A stretch of DNA of 39,099 nucleotides, from positions 1 through 39,099 of the IMG/VR virus record IMGVR_UViG_3300029489_000008. The stretch is one strand, 5' to 3'. The notes beneath the pieces were generated by a model. The model was not told the origin of the DNA. It ran no database searches and saw only the letters and a list, made by a program, of their open reading frames with translations. Below, in pieces: positions 38,579-39,099 of the stretch (its first letter is position 1; the number at the start of each line of letters is the position of its first letter). The translations under genes were made by a program, and so were the position numbers. This stretch comes from a virus.

Positions 38579-39032
38579 ACTTTTGAGGTCCGAAATACGG
38601 ACGGCCCGGAAGCCGCACACATGCTCTCTGTGCGGAGCGGAGATCAAAACGGGTGAACAATACGGGTATGATACCTACAAATTCAACGGTGAAGTGTACA
38701 ACTGGAAGACGCACATGGAGTGCGACGCAGTTTCCACGTTTTTATGGGACTACGTTGACCCCGATGAAGGCATGACATCGGATGACTTTCTGGATGCTTG
38801 CGCCGACGTGTGCCGCACCTTCGTCTGCCCGGACTGTGAACATTTTGATCCCGAACATGCGGAGGACGGCGATTACTGCCAGAAGAATGACTCCTACTGC
38901 ATCCATAAGCTCTATGAGCTGTCGAAGAAGTATTATCTGAGCTGCCAGCGGGACACGCAGCACGGATGGCTGAAATGGAGGCTCACGCCGATTAAGGAGG
39001 ATAAGGATGGAACGACTGACAAGCTGGAATGA
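38568..39032 (+). CDS. Cys-rich hypothetical protein spanning the circular junction
   Basis: GAAGGAGG RBS upstream. HTCSLCG...CPDCEH. Its stop corresponds to bases 54..56 of the left repeat copy. Confidence 0.7.
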   Translation: MMPELLRSEIRTARKPHTCSLCGAEIKTGEQYGYDTYKFNGEVYNWKTHMECDAVSTFLWDYVDPDEGMTSDDFLDACADVCRTFVCPDCEHFDPEHAEDGDYCQKNDSYCIHKLYELSKKYYLSCQRDTQHGWLKWRLTPIKEDKDGTTDKLE

Positions 39033-39099
39033 CGACTGCATGAAGATCAATGGGCACGTTCTGTACGATGTGACATGGGAGGACATCGACATGATGGCC
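38977..39099. repeat. Right copy of the 123-bp direct terminal overlap
   Basis: Identical to 1..123. It contains the end of ORF 38568..39032 and the start of the ORF that begins at base 31. Confidence 0.95.

Larger units (their letters stand above)
1..39099. mobile_element. Complete temperate phage genome (HK97-type head, long non-contractile tail), circularly closed contig, unit length 38976 bp
   Basis: Full head, tail, lysis, lysogeny and replication modules are present. The two contig ends are identical, and ORF 38568..39032 runs across the junction. Confidence 0.9.

Overview
The window is one complete, circularly closed genome of a temperate siphovirus-type phage. Bases 1-123 are identical to 38977-39099, so the unit length is 38976 bp. 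GC content is high, and the protein families present (XhlA, Cu-amine-oxidase-N-like wall-binding domain, KTR, DUF3102, DUF4406) point to a high-GC Clostridia host; that is inference. Reading from base 1, the plus strand carries: early genes with two tandem paralog arrays (3 copies, then 4); an HUH rolling-circle Rep; a short promoter-KTR ORF-terminator unit; HNH; a terminase in which small and large subunit regions lie in one ORF; portal; prohead protease; major capsid; neck genes; major tail; G/GT chaperone with an A_AAA_AAC -1 slippery site; tape measure; an FN3-repeat tail protein; tail tip and fibre genes; and a lysis cassette (XhlA, two small 2-TM proteins, amidase) interrupted by DUF4406 and Lar-like genes. 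After lysis comes an accessory (moron) region. It holds a lone minus-strand gene encoding a dCTP-deaminase/dUTPase-fold domain fused to three TM helices, then a five-gene plus-strand operon of unrecognised, partly Cys-rich proteins. Next is attP, formed by the 3' part of a tRNA-Ser(GCU), followed by a minus-strand lysogeny operon: integrase, a membrane-anchored XRE protein, a 2-TM tandem-repeat surface protein and a CI-like repressor. A divergent cro-like switch with two palindromic operators follows. The replication and partition module closes the circle: organiser with an internal iteron/AT-rich ori, DnaB, ParA and DUF3102. No rRNA gene, complete tRNA gene, CRISPR array or reverse transcriptase was seen. 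The best candidate for an undescribed system is the Dcd-like-TM fusion at 25777-26589, with the adjacent cargo operon at 26790-28873 second. All family assignments come from motif recognition by eye and need HMM or structure confirmation.
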